This document shows positions 39,370 to 52,438 of a stretch of 64,000 bases of DNA, piece by piece (within the stretch, counting starts at the first letter, position 1; every line of letters starts with the position of its first letter). Origin of the DNA: Octopus vulgaris. Its lineage: Eukaryota. The stretch lies in NCBI GenBank assembly GCA_951406725.2, contig OX597829.1:49228001-49292000 (forward strand). Direction: 5' to 3'. The translations under genes were made by a program, and so were the position numbers. The notes beneath the pieces were generated by a model that was given only the letters and a program-made list of their open reading frames with translations, did no database searches and was not told where the DNA came from.

Positions 39370-39705
39370 AGATAAATGGATGGATGGATAGATAGATAGA
39401 TGGATGGATAGATAGATGGATAAATAGAAAGATAGATAGATAGATAGATAGAGATAGATAGATAGATAGATGGATGGATAGATAGATAGGTAGATAGATG
39501 GATGGATAGATAGATGGATAAATAGAAAGATAGATAGATAGATAGAGATAGATAGATAAATAGATAGATGGATAGATAGATGGATAGATAGATAGATAGA
39601 TAGATGGATAGATAGATAGATAGGTAGATAGATAGATGGATAGATAGATGGATAGATGGATAGATGGATGGATGGATGACAGACAGATAGATAGATAGGT
39701 AGATA
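39370..39705. repeat. (GATA/GATG)n microsatellite
   Basis: Direct reading. Confidence 0.95.
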
Positions 39706-40081
39706 GAATAGTAGAGAATTTGTAACATCATATGGAAATAACTGGTAGGTGATAAAAAAAGAAAAACCTGCAAAGCAGTACAGTACAAATAGTAATGGAA
39801 AACGTTACACAAAAGTGCAATAAAGAAGTTTAAGAGAAATATGCAGAAAAACACTACATATAAGAGAAAACATACTCTACTCTTCGTCAGTTCTTGACCA
39901 AATATAATAACAATTGCAACACCTTCCTATACTAATATTGTTCAATTTGGAGATATCAGCAATGTGGAAGCTGCTAGTACATAAACAGGCAGATAAAAAA
40001 AAATATATATATATATATATTTACAGTAACCAAAATGTGTGTCTCTATATATATATATATATATATTTATTTTATAGAAGG

Positions 40082-40132
40082 AGCTTCTACAGGACTAGAA
40101 CTGTTTCATTCAAAAGAAATCATCAGGAAGCT
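40082..40132 (-). ncRNA. Type-I hammerhead ribozyme motif (intact core)
   Basis: agcttc-CTGATGA-tttc-tttt-gaat-GAAA-CAG-ttctagtc-CTG-TA-gaagct. 6-bp stem I, GUA site. Confidence 0.75.
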
Positions 40133-40155
40133 ATATGTATATATATGTATATACA

Positions 40156-40317
40156 GCAGAGGAGTGGCTGTGTGGTAAGTAGCTTGTTAACCAACCACAG
40201 GGTTGCAGGTTCAGTCCCACTGCGTGGCATCTTGGGCAAGTGTCTTCTGCTATAACCTCAGTCCGACCAATGCCTTGTGAGTGGATTTGGGAGACAGAAA
40301 CTGAAAGAAGCCTGTCG

Positions 40318-40350
<33 letters not shown>

Positions 40351-40543
40351 CTGTGTTTGTCCCCCTAGCATTGCTTGACAACCGATGCTGGTGTGTTTAC
40401 GTCCCCGTCACTTAGCGGTTCGGCAAAAGAGACTGATAGAATAAGTACTGGGCTTACAAAGAATAAGTCCCGGGGTCGATTTGATCGACTAAAGGCGGTG
40501 CTCCAGCATGGACGCAGTCAAATGACTGAAACAAGTAAAAGAG
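40156..40543 (+). mobile_element. SINE family A, full length
   Basis: Similarity to other family A copies. Confidence 0.85.
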
Positions 40544-40544
40544 A

Positions 40545-40810
40545 TAAAATGGAAATGACGAAAGACAGAAGCCTCTGGAGATATGCTGTGACTGAGAAGA
40601 CCTGGCAAATAAAGTGAGATCCCAGCTGTAACCTACACCAGTGTCACATAAGCAGCCAACTCAAAAAGTATCCTTGGATCATAGGACGACATGACGTGCT
40701 TGAAGAGACCTATTGAGTCAAGTACATCAAAATTGAATCAAATCACAATCAAATGGTAATTGTAGTTGTGGTCCTTATACTGGTGGCACGTAAAAAGCAC
40801 CATCCAAATG
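40545..40810 (+). mobile_element. Family C RTE ORF end plus start of 3' UTR
   Basis: EMTKDRSLWRYAVTEKTWQIK*, then UTR containing GTGGCACGTAAAAAGCAC. Confidence 0.7.
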
Positions 40811-40833
40811 TTGATCATTTCGTGTGTGTATAC

Positions 40834-40876
<43 letters not shown>

Positions 40877-40998
40877 TAAAAAAATGGAGTTAACGCAGGT
40901 GTAATGAAATATTTTTACTTTCGACACATGTTTTGCTGCCCTGGTAACTATTTATTTATTTTTTCCATGTTAATTGTTAACAAGGTAAAAATACACTC

Positions 40999-41092
<94 letters not shown>

Positions 41093-41353
41093 AGTTTTCA
41101 AAAAAAAAAACAAAAGACGAAGACAGATGTATTAGTATAATGCTCAGGAATAGAAAAAGTCTTTTATGTTCCAAGCCTATACAGAAAAAAAAACAAAGAG
41201 AGAAAAGAAATGTGTATAGTGGCTAACGATCTATATATATATATATATATATATAGTTAATCCAAACATGAACAAAGATAAAACACAACAATGCGAGGAC
41301 GTGGAAGAAGTTTAGTGTTATTGGACGTTCATCAAAGGAAAGAAAGAAGGAGG

Positions 41354-41388
41354 ATTTAACGTTTCGAGCAGAGCTCTTCGTCAGAAAC
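41354..41388 (-). ncRNA. Minimal type-I hammerhead motif (palindromic ACGT stem III) in a Penelope-like remnant (41255-41435)
   Basis: gttt-CTGACGA-a-gagc-tct-gctc-GAAACGTT-aaat. Confidence 0.65.
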
Positions 41389-41937
41389 ATAGAAAAAAGA
41401 AAGGTCCAAGGAAGGGAAGACAGAGAAAGAAAATCATCAATGATACACAAGCAGTCACATATTGAAATGACCAGAATGGAATGGGTGAAGAAAAAGTTCT
41501 TTCAAAGACAGGAGAGTGCAAGAGAAGGAGATATGTGTTGGTATGTGCATGTGCGCAGATCTGATACATAATATATATATATACATATGCATGAATATAT
41601 GCAAGATATATATTTGAGATAATAGTTTCCCTTCAACAGTTTCAATATTAATAGGGAAACCTATTAAAACTGAAAGTATTATCTCACTTTACAATAGACA
41701 TGTTATTGTTTCACTTTTGGCATGTAATGCTGAAATAGTGTAAGAGATAAGAGACTGCTCCTGGCCTGCATCATGCAAGAAATTGAAGGTGTTTTTGGCC
41801 CATGACACTGCATCAACCCTAATTAGGGAAGGTGTAAAATTTGAATGAAAACAGTTGGGTATTTCTCGCATTTTTTGTGATGCACACATACGCACAAACA
41901 AACAGATACACATTGTCAGTTTTGTGTGTGTGTGTAT

Positions 41938-42430
41938 ATCATCATCATCATCATCATCATTTAGCGTCCGTTCTCCATGCTAGCATGGGTTGGACGGTTC
42001 AACTGGGGTCTGGGAAGCCAGAAGGCTGCACCAGGCCCAGTCAGATCTGGCAGTGTTTCTATGGCTGGATGCCCTTCCTAACGCCAACCACTCCGTGAGT
42101 GTAGTGGGTGCTTTTTACGTGCCAGACAGAGCTGGCAAACGGCCACGAACGGATAGTGCTTTTACGTGTCACCGGCACGGGGGCCAGGTGAGGCTGGCAA
42201 CGCACAGGAACGGATGGTGCTTTTACGTGTCACCTGCACGGGAGCCCTGATGTTGATCGACCTCAATTTGGTTCTGCTTTCTGATATATGTATTGATTTG
42301 GTTTGATTTTGATTTTGACTGTTCTCACTGGTCTTGCCGGGTTTTCTCACGCACAGCATACTTCCAAAGGTCTCGGTCTCTGGTCATTTCCTTGGTGAGA
42401 CCTAAAGTTCGTGCTTCACCACCTCGACCC
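41938..42430 (-). mobile_element. Family C: RTE-type LINE 3' end with ORF C-terminus
   Basis: Minus strand reads EVVKH../[27 protein letters not shown], then the 3' UTR and (GAT)n. Confidence 0.85.
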
Positions 42431-42472
<42 letters not shown>

Positions 42473-42547
42473 ATATCTATCTATCTATATATATATATCT
42501 ATCTATCTATCTATCTATATATATATATATATATCTATATATCTATA

Positions 42548-42593
<46 letters not shown>

Positions 42594-43423
42594 AAAGTAT
42601 GTTTTCTGATTCTACATTCATTATTAATTCTTCTTTAATGGAAGATTGAAACTTGCTTATGTTCCTACTGTTTGTACTAAGCTGCTATATTCTACATTGT
42701 TCTGAAGACGATGTCAATAAATGATAAACCATTATTGCAACATGGAAAGAAAAACACGGCAAATCCTGCGAAAGACACAAGCAATGATACAAACAGTTTA
42801 CCCCATACTCATAGACACACTTACATACACGCTCACACACACATATATATATACATATATTTATATATACACCCACTCACCAATCTATGAATATAAAGAT
42901 TCCTTCCCTTTGCTAAAAGATGTTTGACTATATTTAATAAAGTGAATCAGAGTCAGTACTATTTATGTAGATGTCACACTATTGATTAAAACAACTCTTT
43001 ACATTTGCCTAAAGCAAGAGGCGAGGAATAAATAACAATATTCAACTGGGAATAGGAAAATGGTAAGGCTTGAGTGTGTCTGTACTCATTCGTGCACACA
43101 CACACAAATGCATATATACTGTATATACATATATATATATGTGTGTGTACACATACAGATGTATTTATATATGTATACATATATATGTAACTGAAGCAAT
43201 TCAAAGATATTTAAAGATATATATATATATATATATGCACATATATCTATATTTATATATAGTTACATATATATATATATATATTATTTATGTATATTCA
43301 AATATATATGAATATACATATCTATATATATATGTTTATATAGTTATATATATATATATATATATACTTATATGATGGTGCCCCAACATAACTGCAACCT
43401 TTGAGCAGAAACTGGTTAAAGAG

Positions 43424-43480
<57 letters not shown>

Positions 43481-46400
43481 AGTGGATACATAGATATGTA
43501 AATACACTTATATAGAGAGTTGAGGGCATTTGTGAACTTACTTGTAAATGCAAAAATAAGTGCTCAACACACACATGCATGCATGCACACACACACACAC
43601 ACACACACTTGAGATGTGTATTTGTAAACAAAGTGACTATGTATTATTCCCTTTACCTTACAGAAGTTTAAAGGTCACATGAATGTAGGAGACACTGTGA
43701 ATATTAAATAAACATTCTATTTTCACTCCTGATGTAAACACACTCACACACACATACAGTTACCTGCATTAATATTCTGCTGAACCTGATACAAACACTT
43801 GTAATCTACTCACAAACAATTCAATACACACACACACACACACAAATATTAATACAATGAGAGCAATCTTTTATTAGAACAGCTGTTAAAGAATAGATGC
43901 AAGTGCTTTATATATGTGTGTGTGTGCGCGACATACTCAACTTGTGCACACAGGCATATTCACACATGTTTGTGTATAGCTTTACACACACACACACACA
44001 CACCTAATGGTGAATATTTGTCTGTTTGTGTAATGTCAGACATCACAAAACGTGAAAGTTTCAGATTCAATACCATAAGGTATTGCTAACACATTTCTTT
44101 GACACCTAAAACTCTTGTGCCAAAGGTAGCCGCCACAGTCACTGACTTTTGAAATGCATGTAATTACAGTTAAAATGTTGTTTTTGTTTGTGGCTGAAGA
44201 ACAGGAACTAACCATTCTTCTGTGCAAGAAATAATGTTTAGTCTCATTTTAGAATAACTTTATGTTAAATGACTTCCTGTTTACATTATCTATCTCTTTT
44301 TTTTTACTTGGTACAATCATTGAATCATGGCTATGCTGGGGCACTGCCTTAAAGGGTTTTAGCTGAATGAATTGACCCCACTGTTTATACATATATTATA
44401 CCCCAGGCAAGCCATGTTTAGCACTTAAAAAGATGAAGGAACACAATATATAATTAAATGAAAGCTCCTTGAACAAGCAGGCACTTATATAAATGGGAGC
44501 AAGTGATGTAAGCTTAGCCGGGAGAACAAGAATCCTAAAAAAACTTGCTACACCTGGGGACCTTCTTAAACTCTAGGATAGAAGTATTTAGTCAATGCCC
44601 TCATCTAAAATGTTTCCTACAACAAACTTGGAATTCCCTATTTGTTGAATAAGCCAACCACACCTCCTTTGAATATCACTATGGCCAGAGCTGATAAAAG
44701 GGGGATGACCCTGTCCTACTATATATATATATAGATTAAAGCAATCTGAAACAAATTTTTTATCTATATATGTAATTCCCAATAAATGTGTTGAGTACCC
44801 TTCTTTAATTTGTTCACTCACTTGTGTACACACACACACACACAGAGTAGAATTTGATGGAATTTTCTGATATGTCAGCTCCTCTCAAACCATCTAACCC
44901 ATGCTGGCATGGAAGTAAGACGTTAAATGACGATGATGATGAAAATATAAGTCCTGAGTGAACATAAGCATTTTACTTTAAAAATATCAGTGGTCATTCT
45001 TGTAATGATGAATCAAGTAGGAAGGGGTCAAAGAAAAGGCTACAAACACTTTTTAAAAACATTAAAGGGCATACAAACTGTGTACCCTGTGCAGCTCATT
45101 CACTCAACTTTGTGGGAAAGAAAACTGTGCCTATTGTGTTTTAAGATGTCGAATATGTTTGCATTTTTTAAGAACTGTATGTTTTCTTAACTGGACTCCA
45201 ATGAAGACAAAGAACTTAATTACCCAACGCAATCAACATTGTTATCTTTGGAGTGCTTCAAGGTACCTGAATAGTCTACACACCACAAAAAATTCAACGC
45301 AATTAAAAATAGATATATATCTGTTTTATAAACTCTCAAACATATTTTGAAGACTCAGAGAAGGAAAATTTATGAATGTAAATGGTATGCAACAAATGTA
45401 TATCATAAAGTGGTAATGCTGGAATATGGCAATTTAAGAGTTGCTTAGCAAGGAATGTGGAAGCATTTAAATGAAACAAATAAGGAACTCCACATCCTGT
45501 GTTTTAATATTTCTGAAAATCATCTTAAGCCACCGTCTTTACTGTTTTTTAGTTGAAGAACTCTGAGAAATTTCAGGTGCTAAGATGTTATATCATGAAT
45601 GAAGTAAAGGGTTTTTTGTGTGAAAATGTCACTTTAAGCTATTCTGATATTTCCAAATGCATCATTACAAAGACATATTCAAAGAGAACAAGTGATATTG
45701 CTTCTCTAGGAGGAACTGAAAAATTTAGAATCGATGTTCAAAATCAATCCAATGACTGCATAGTGATCCAAGAGGATTGACCCAATGGGCAGAATGTGGA
45801 ATGGTTCAAGTTACTCACAGAATTGGTAAACAATTTTGAAATTGATGAGGATAATTTTGGCTTCAAGTTTTTTGGTACAAGGCCATCAAGTTCAGGGGAG
45901 TGGGTAAGTCAATTACATTGACCCCAATGCAAGCCAGGAGGCCACACTAGGCTCCAATTCAATCTGGCAATGATTCTACAACTGGATGCCTTTCCTAACA
46001 CCAACCAATCTAAGAATGTAGTGGACGCTTTTTACATGCCACCAGCACAGGAGTCAGTCAGGCAGCACTGGCATCAACTATGTTCAGATGGTGTTTATAG
46101 CGTGCCACAAGCATGGGAGCCAGTCAGATGGCACTAACATTGGCCACAACTACAATTCTATTTGATTTGATTTTGATTTTACTTGAGTCAATACACAGAA
46201 AAACACCTGACTATATATATATATATATCTAAATTAGAGAAAAAAACCATCATGTATATATATATATGATGGGCTTCTTTCAGTTTCTGCATACCAAATC
46301 CACTTACAAGGTTTTGGTAGGCCTGAGGCTATAGTAGAAGACACCTGCCTAAGATTCCACACAGTGGGACTGAACCCAGAACCATGTGGTTGGGAAGCAA

Positions 46401-46820
46401 GCTCCTTACCACACAGCCACACCTATCTGTATAACAAAGAGAAAAGATTCATTCATGCATGAAGATAACTTACCTGTTGAACCAAGTATCAGTATATCTT
46501 GGGTATGGGAATGGATCATGACTGCTAAAATCAAAACTTGCATCCGCGTTCTGAAAATTAACAAAAACACAGCATAATAAGATGTGTTACATTTATCACA
46601 AAACCATTTCACAGATATATACCCTTGGTCATCAATATATATCATGATAATATGGAATATTATGAAATGGCATAGAATTACCCTTAATTCCTTTATATAT
46701 ATATATATATATATAATAATAATAATTATTATTTGAGGGAATATTATTCCTAACTTACAGGGAAAAATTCAATTTAGAAATACTAAATCAAATTTCACAA
46801 AATATAATATATATATATAT

Positions 46821-47010
46821 AAATTAGAAAAAAATACCTTTTATCAATTCAAAATGAACAATTAAATTACACATTATTATTTTGCAATTTACTTAATCAT
46901 CGGTATATTATAGTTATTTTAATTTCAATATTTCTTTTAAATGTAATTTTCTAGATGGTGTAATTTAATTGTTCATTTTGAATTGATAAAAGGTGGTTTT
47001 TTTCTAATTT
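46821..47010. repeat. Fold-back inverted repeat in (TA)n (Penelope-type)
   Basis: ~50-bp arms, 46821-46871 and 46958-47010. Confidence 0.7.
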
Positions 47011-47026
47011 TTATATATATTTATAT

Positions 47027-47319
47027 ATAAAATAGTGTACATTTAAACACAAGAGAAAACTACTCTTTAATGCATAATTTTTACACGCTAGAAGTAGCCA
47101 AAATGACCAAAACCACATTTAATAGCAATTTTTGAAGGAAATGAAAAAATTGCTATTAAATGTGGTTTTGGTAGTTTTGGCTACTTCTAATGTGTAAAAA
47201 TTACCTGTTAAAAGTTTTCTCTTGTGTTTAAATGTACACTATTTTATATTGAGAATATGTTGTCTATTCACTATTTATACATGCTAGGACACAGGTGGTG
47301 ATATTTCTAAGGATATTCG

Positions 47320-47325
<6 letters not shown>
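47027..47325. mobile_element. Fold-back insertion (~105-bp arms plus extension), Penelope-type
   Basis: Inverted repeat 47027-47247. The extension ends GCTACCC before (TA)n. Confidence 0.7.
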
Positions 47326-47367
<42 letters not shown>

Positions 47368-47833
47368 GCACCAAATAGACCTACACATGTTTCTGTTACA
47401 CTGATTAGTAACCATTGCAATTGCAATCTTACTATAGTACTAATGTGGTTTCTTATATATGTACACACTCCATAAACAACCATCTTCTATAAATTAACAA
47501 TTCATTTTCTATACATGTTTATATTTTCTACAGAGTGAAACAATTCCATTTTGGAACAATGGACCACAAAATACACACAAAGCTATAAATTGTAACATGT
47601 AAATATTGAGGTGAAAAATCCCTTTCGTAAGGACAAGCCAAAGGCTTCAAAGGTTTTACAACACAATATTTACATGCTGTTGTCTATAGCTTTATGTGTT
47701 TCCAGATCCACTGTTACAAAGAAGAATTATTTCATGCTGTCTCACATGTTTATAAAGTTCTTGCAGCATTAGTGTGGAACAGTCAAATAAAAGTTATATG
47801 TATATGTATGTGTGTGTGTTTGTGTGTGTGTGT

Positions 47834-48080
47834 ATCATCATCATCGTTGTTTAACGTCCGATTTCCATGCTGGCATGGGTTGGACAGTCTGAGTTAGGAT
47901 TGGCAAGCCAGAAGGCTGCACCAGGCTCCAATCTGATTTGACATGGTTTCTACAGCTGGTTGCCCTTCCTAACACCAATCACTGCAAGAGTGTATGTAGT
48001 GGGTACCTTTTATATGCCACTGGTACGGGAGCCAGTCACGGGGTACTGGCATTGACCATGTTCAGATGGTGCTTTTTACG
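47834..48080 (-). mobile_element. Family C RTE-type LINE 3' end
   Basis: Similarity to other family C copies. Confidence 0.75.
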
Positions 48081-48126
48081 TATGCATGTATGTGTGAGTG
48101 TATGTGTAAATATGTGTGTGTGTATG

Positions 48127-48206
<80 letters not shown>

Positions 48207-48599
48207 TGTGTGTGTGTGGTGATTTTTTTCCTCCGTCTTCCCTTCTTTGGATCTTTCCTTTTCCTATGTTTCTGACAAAGAGCTCTGCTCGGAACATTAA
48301 ACCCTGCTTCTTTCCTTCTTTCCTGAGCGTCCAATAATACTATACTTGTTCCACGTCCTCGCGTTGTTGTGTTTTCTCTTTGTGTTTTCATGTTTGAATT
48401 AACTATATATATATATATATTGATAAAATGAATAGAAATGGCTTTTCTAATAATTTTCCACTTAAATAATCACACATTTATAAGTTATTAGGTGTTTACT
48501 ATATATATATATTAAAACTAATGTTGTGAAATTTAAAATGGACATTTTGAATATAAACACTTTATTTCAAAGTACTGCAATCAATATGTAAGAAATAGG

Positions 48600-48725
<126 letters not shown>

Positions 48726-49149
48726 TGTGTGTGTGTGTGAGTGTGTGTTAAAGAAATATTTCTCAAATCTATATAAGTTCATTTCAGTGCAAAATTTATC
48801 AAAGGATTCAAAATAAGATTCTAGAATGATAACACTTATGAAATTTAAAAAAATAATCAATAGAATTACAAAAAAAAAAAAAAAAAGAATCAACTCACAC
48901 AACATATTGAAGTAAATACATACATAGATACACACACAATATATGTGTGTGCGTGTGTGTGTATGTGTGTAAATGTATGTGCATCTATGCATGTGTTTAT
49001 TATATACATTAGTATTTGACTTTTTCTATCCAAAACAATTTTTAACCCAATACTTACATGCTTTTATTTATAGCTTTATCTCCTTCAAGTTCAACAGTTA
49101 GAAACAAATTACTTCAAGTATGTAGAAGTTTCTAAATTCTTTTAACATA

Positions 49150-49202
<53 letters not shown>

Positions 49203-49346
49203 TTCATACATGTCCACAACAGCTGAAGCGTAACAGTGAGTATTAAAACTCAGAGTTCTGAATTTAAGTGCATGAGTGTATATATGTATATACATACATA
49301 CATACATACATACATAGATATGTGTGTGTGTGTGTGTAGATTCATG

Positions 49347-49379
<33 letters not shown>

Positions 49380-49384
49380 GAAGG

Positions 49385-49435
49385 AGCTTCTACAGGACTA
49401 GAACTGTTTCATTCAAGAGAAATCTTCAGGAAGCT
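49385..49435 (-). ncRNA. Type-I hammerhead ribozyme motif
   Basis: agcttc-CTGAAGA-tttc-tctt-gaat-GAAA-CAG-ttctagtc-CTG-TA-gaagct. Confidence 0.75.
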
Positions 49436-49441
49436 ACAAGT

Positions 49442-49490
49442 GCTTCCTGAAGATTTCTCTTGAATGAAACAGTTCTAGTCCTGTAGAAGC
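49442..49490 (+). ncRNA. Type-I hammerhead ribozyme motif
   Basis: gcttc-CTGAAGA(49447)...GAAACAG..CTGTA-gaagc. Predicted cleavage after 49485. Confidence 0.75.
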
Positions 49491-49574
49491 TCCTTCTATA
49501 TAATAAATTAATTTTACTCTGCTATGTATTGAGTACCTTATTTACTGTGGTTAACCCCGAATCAACCCGGGACC

Positions 49575-49623
<49 letters not shown>

Positions 49624-49864
49624 ATATATTTATATGTATATACACATACATACATAAAAGCACCCATGCAGTGCCCCATAAAAGTGCCTCTTTGGAGCCA
49701 TGTAAAAGTACCCAACATACTCTGTCAAGTGAGAAAACCATGCTAAATCCCACTGGAATCTGATCTGCTGCAGCCTTCCAGCTCTGGTCAAACCACTCAA
49801 CCTATGCCAGCATGGACAGCGGATATTAAATGATGATAATGAAATATATATATATATATATCAT

Positions 49865-50202
49865 TGCAGGTGTAGATGTGTGGTAAGTAGCTTGCTTACC
49901 AACCACATGGTTCCAGGTTCAGTTCCACTGCGTGCCACCTTGGGCAAGTTTCTTCTAATATAGACTCGGGCCGACCAAACCCTTGTGAGTGGATTTGGTA
50001 GACGGAAACTGAAATAAGCACATCGTATATATTTGTAAGTCTGTGTTTGTCCCCCCCACCCACCATTGCTTGACAACCAATGTTGGTGCATTTACCTCCC
50101 TATAACGTAATGGTTTGGCAAAAGAAACTGATAGAATAAGTACTAAGATTAGAAAGAATAAGTCATGGGGTTGATTTGCTCAACTAAAGGTGGTGCTCCA
50201 GC
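49865..50202 (+). mobile_element. SINE family A
   Basis: Similarity to other family A copies. Confidence 0.8.
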
Positions 50203-50257
50203 ATATAAATTAGAACAAAAAAAAGAGAATATATGATGATGATTATTATATATATAT

Positions 50258-50603
50258 CACATGATCACGTGACCGACCAGACCATCAGATGTTGTTACAC
50301 ATCGCTGGTCACAATGCGTTCGCATTGTTTTAGCCTTTGAATGATGCCATCGTGCTGGCTAAGCGAGCAGGCCAACAGAAGAAAGGGTGAGAGAAAGAGT
50401 GGTGAAAGAGTACAGCAGGGATCACCACCCCCTGCCGGCGCCTCGTGGGCTTTTTAGGTGTTTTCGCTCAATAAACACACACAATGCCCGGTCTGGGAAT
50501 TGAAACCGCGATCCTCCGACCGCGAGTCCGCTGCCCTAACCACTGGGCCATTGCGCCTCCACTGGGCCATTGCGCCTCCACTGGGCCATTGCGCCTCCAC
50601 TGG
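50258..50603 (-). mobile_element. tRNA-Arg-like SINE with an alternative 3' tail and triplicated 5' end
   Basis: Same head as 14142 and 60121 but a different tail. 19-bp CCACTGGGCCATTGCGCCT x3 at 50540-50596. Confidence 0.8.
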
Positions 50604-50724
50604 AATGCATACAGCACCTAGGTTTCCCAAGCAGTCACCCATCTAAGTACTAACTAGGCTCAATGTTGCTTAACCTCGGTGATCGGACGAGAACCGGTGC
50701 TTTCAATGTGATATGGCCATAAGC
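50604..50724 (-). pseudogene. 5S rRNA: Full-length 5S rRNA retrocopy/pseudogene
   Basis: GCTTATGGCCATATCACATTGAAAGCACCGGTTCTCGTCCGATCACCGAGGTTAAGC...GTTAGTACTTAGATGGGTGACTGCTTGGGAAACCTAGGTGCTGTATGCATT (~121 nt). Apparent CpG transitions, no oligo-T terminator, no tandem array. Confidence 0.92.
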
Positions 50725-50725
50725 T

Positions 50726-50770
<45 letters not shown>

Positions 50771-51654
50771 ACACTCCCATCAAACATAACATATGAGAGT
50801 TCAGCTTTTTGCCGAATGACCAGTACAGATGACTTGTCTATAATGATCAAATGCTCTCGCTGCACATTAGCTCACTCTCTTTCCATCAGATCAACATTGT
50901 CTGAACTGTTGCAGGGGCGTACCATGCATTTGTTATCACCAATTCCTTGCTTTGATCGTCGATGGTTGCAATGAATGCTTCTTTCGTCCTCCACCAGGAT
51001 CCTATATTCCTCTACAAAATATGAGACACTTCCTGAAGTGATTATATTTATTTAGTTTCTTTTATTTGCCTGAAAGTGACTATGTCCAACTCACTTCTTC
51101 ATCAGAAACAACTCCAGAGAAATAAAAACAAATCACACAAAATACAGTGCCCCAGCATGGCCACAGTTTCCCACTGGAACCACTAAAAATAATGAAAATG
51201 TCGATAAGCTACAAGTGCATGTTGATTTCATGGAGAGAGTGAATCAATGTGTGGCACGAACTTTTGATCCTTATAAACAAACCATGTGGTTGGTAAGCAA
51301 GCTTCTTACCACACAGCCATGCTGAGCCTGTGTATATGTATGTAAATTTAAGTCACAATATATAGATTCAAGTAATTCAGTGGTACTCATAAGAAAAGCT
51401 CTTTAATGTATCATCATTCTAGAAAACATATAGTTACAATACAAGAGAAAACAATAAGGAATGTATAAAGTCATAAATGAAAGATTTTTGGCATCTTGCT
51501 TAATGCAGACATGTAATTTATTTATTATTAAATATATAATATAAACTATGTACATGTTTTAAGCTACAAAACAATTTGTCATGATATTTGAATTTTCTTT
51601 TTGTTAAATGTCATCAAAATATTTTTGACTTTATATATACATACATATATATAT

Positions 51655-52095
51655 TGTTGTTGGCATCATTTTTGTCTCAGGAGACAATGGAGTTGCGCAT
51701 AAAATAATCTAGTCTGGCTTTTTTACATTTCATGTCCTAATACATTTCCTGCTGTGGCTGTGTAGTCCTATCCTGGAAAAACACTCCTTCTGGCAGGTGC
51801 TGGAAATGTAGCGAAGACTTTGCCTGGCTGGTTGTAATGCCATAGTTTCTTGTTGACGTCTTTTCTTGTCTTTCCATTTCTCCTCTTTCCCTTTGTCACT
51901 CCTTTGTGTTCCCTCTTTTACGGTACGTTGCCAATCTCCACGGTTTCTGGCAACTGCTTCTCAGTTGCTAATATTGATGTTGCAGGCCTTCATGTCCCTT
52001 TTGCAAACATCCTTGTATCGTAAGAACGGTCTTCGCACAGATCTAGTGCCCCTAGCAAGCTCTCCGTAGAGTATGTCCTTGGGGATTCTGCCATC
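51655..52095 (-). mobile_element. RTE-clade (BovB-like) LINE 3' end
   Basis: DGRIPKDILYGELARGTRSVRRPFLRYKDVCKRDMKAC...*EAVARNRGDWQ...CQKECFSRIGLHSHSRKC. Short UTR and (CAA)n-like tail. Confidence 0.9.
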
Positions 52096-52210
52096 TTATA
52101 AATAGAGAAATCTACTATTTATTTTATCATGTATGTATTAATTTTATACACTCTTTGTGTTTTTCTTTTGTATAATATTATGTTTTCTATGTGATTTGTA
52201 GAATGATACT

Positions 52211-52438
52211 TTAACCCTTTAGCATTCAGATTAATTTGTCAAAAGTAACCCTTATTTATTCACATTTAAAAAAATTTATCTGATATTATTTTGTACCTTC
52301 AAGATAGGAAAGATGTAATTGCTTATTTTTAGAGTGACATTGCAGGGTAGTTGTGAGATGCATGTTCTGGCCAGTTTGAGCATAAAATGTGTAGAATATT
52401 TGGGCCGAATACAGCCGGTTTAAACATTAAAGGGTTAA
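52211..52438. mobile_element. TTAA-flanked MITE (piggyBac-type ends)
   Basis: TTAA-CCCTTTA...TAAAGGG-TTAA. Inverse orientation relative to 56425-56642. Confidence 0.75.

Larger units (their letters stand above)
49371..49577. mobile_element. Fold-back Penelope-type insertion carrying two divergent hammerheads
   Basis: Perfect inverted arms around the loop TACAAGT (49435-49441), ~70-bp extension, (TA)n on both sides. Confidence 0.8.

Noticed and set aside
45553-45780. 75-aa ORF after an AG acceptor-like site, faintly hAT-transposase-like
   Set aside because: The similarity is too weak to support by eye, and there is no partner exon or TIR.
50604-50724. Functional 5S rRNA gene
   Set aside because: Solitary copy, apparent CpG transitions, no oligo-T terminator, and fused to a SINE.
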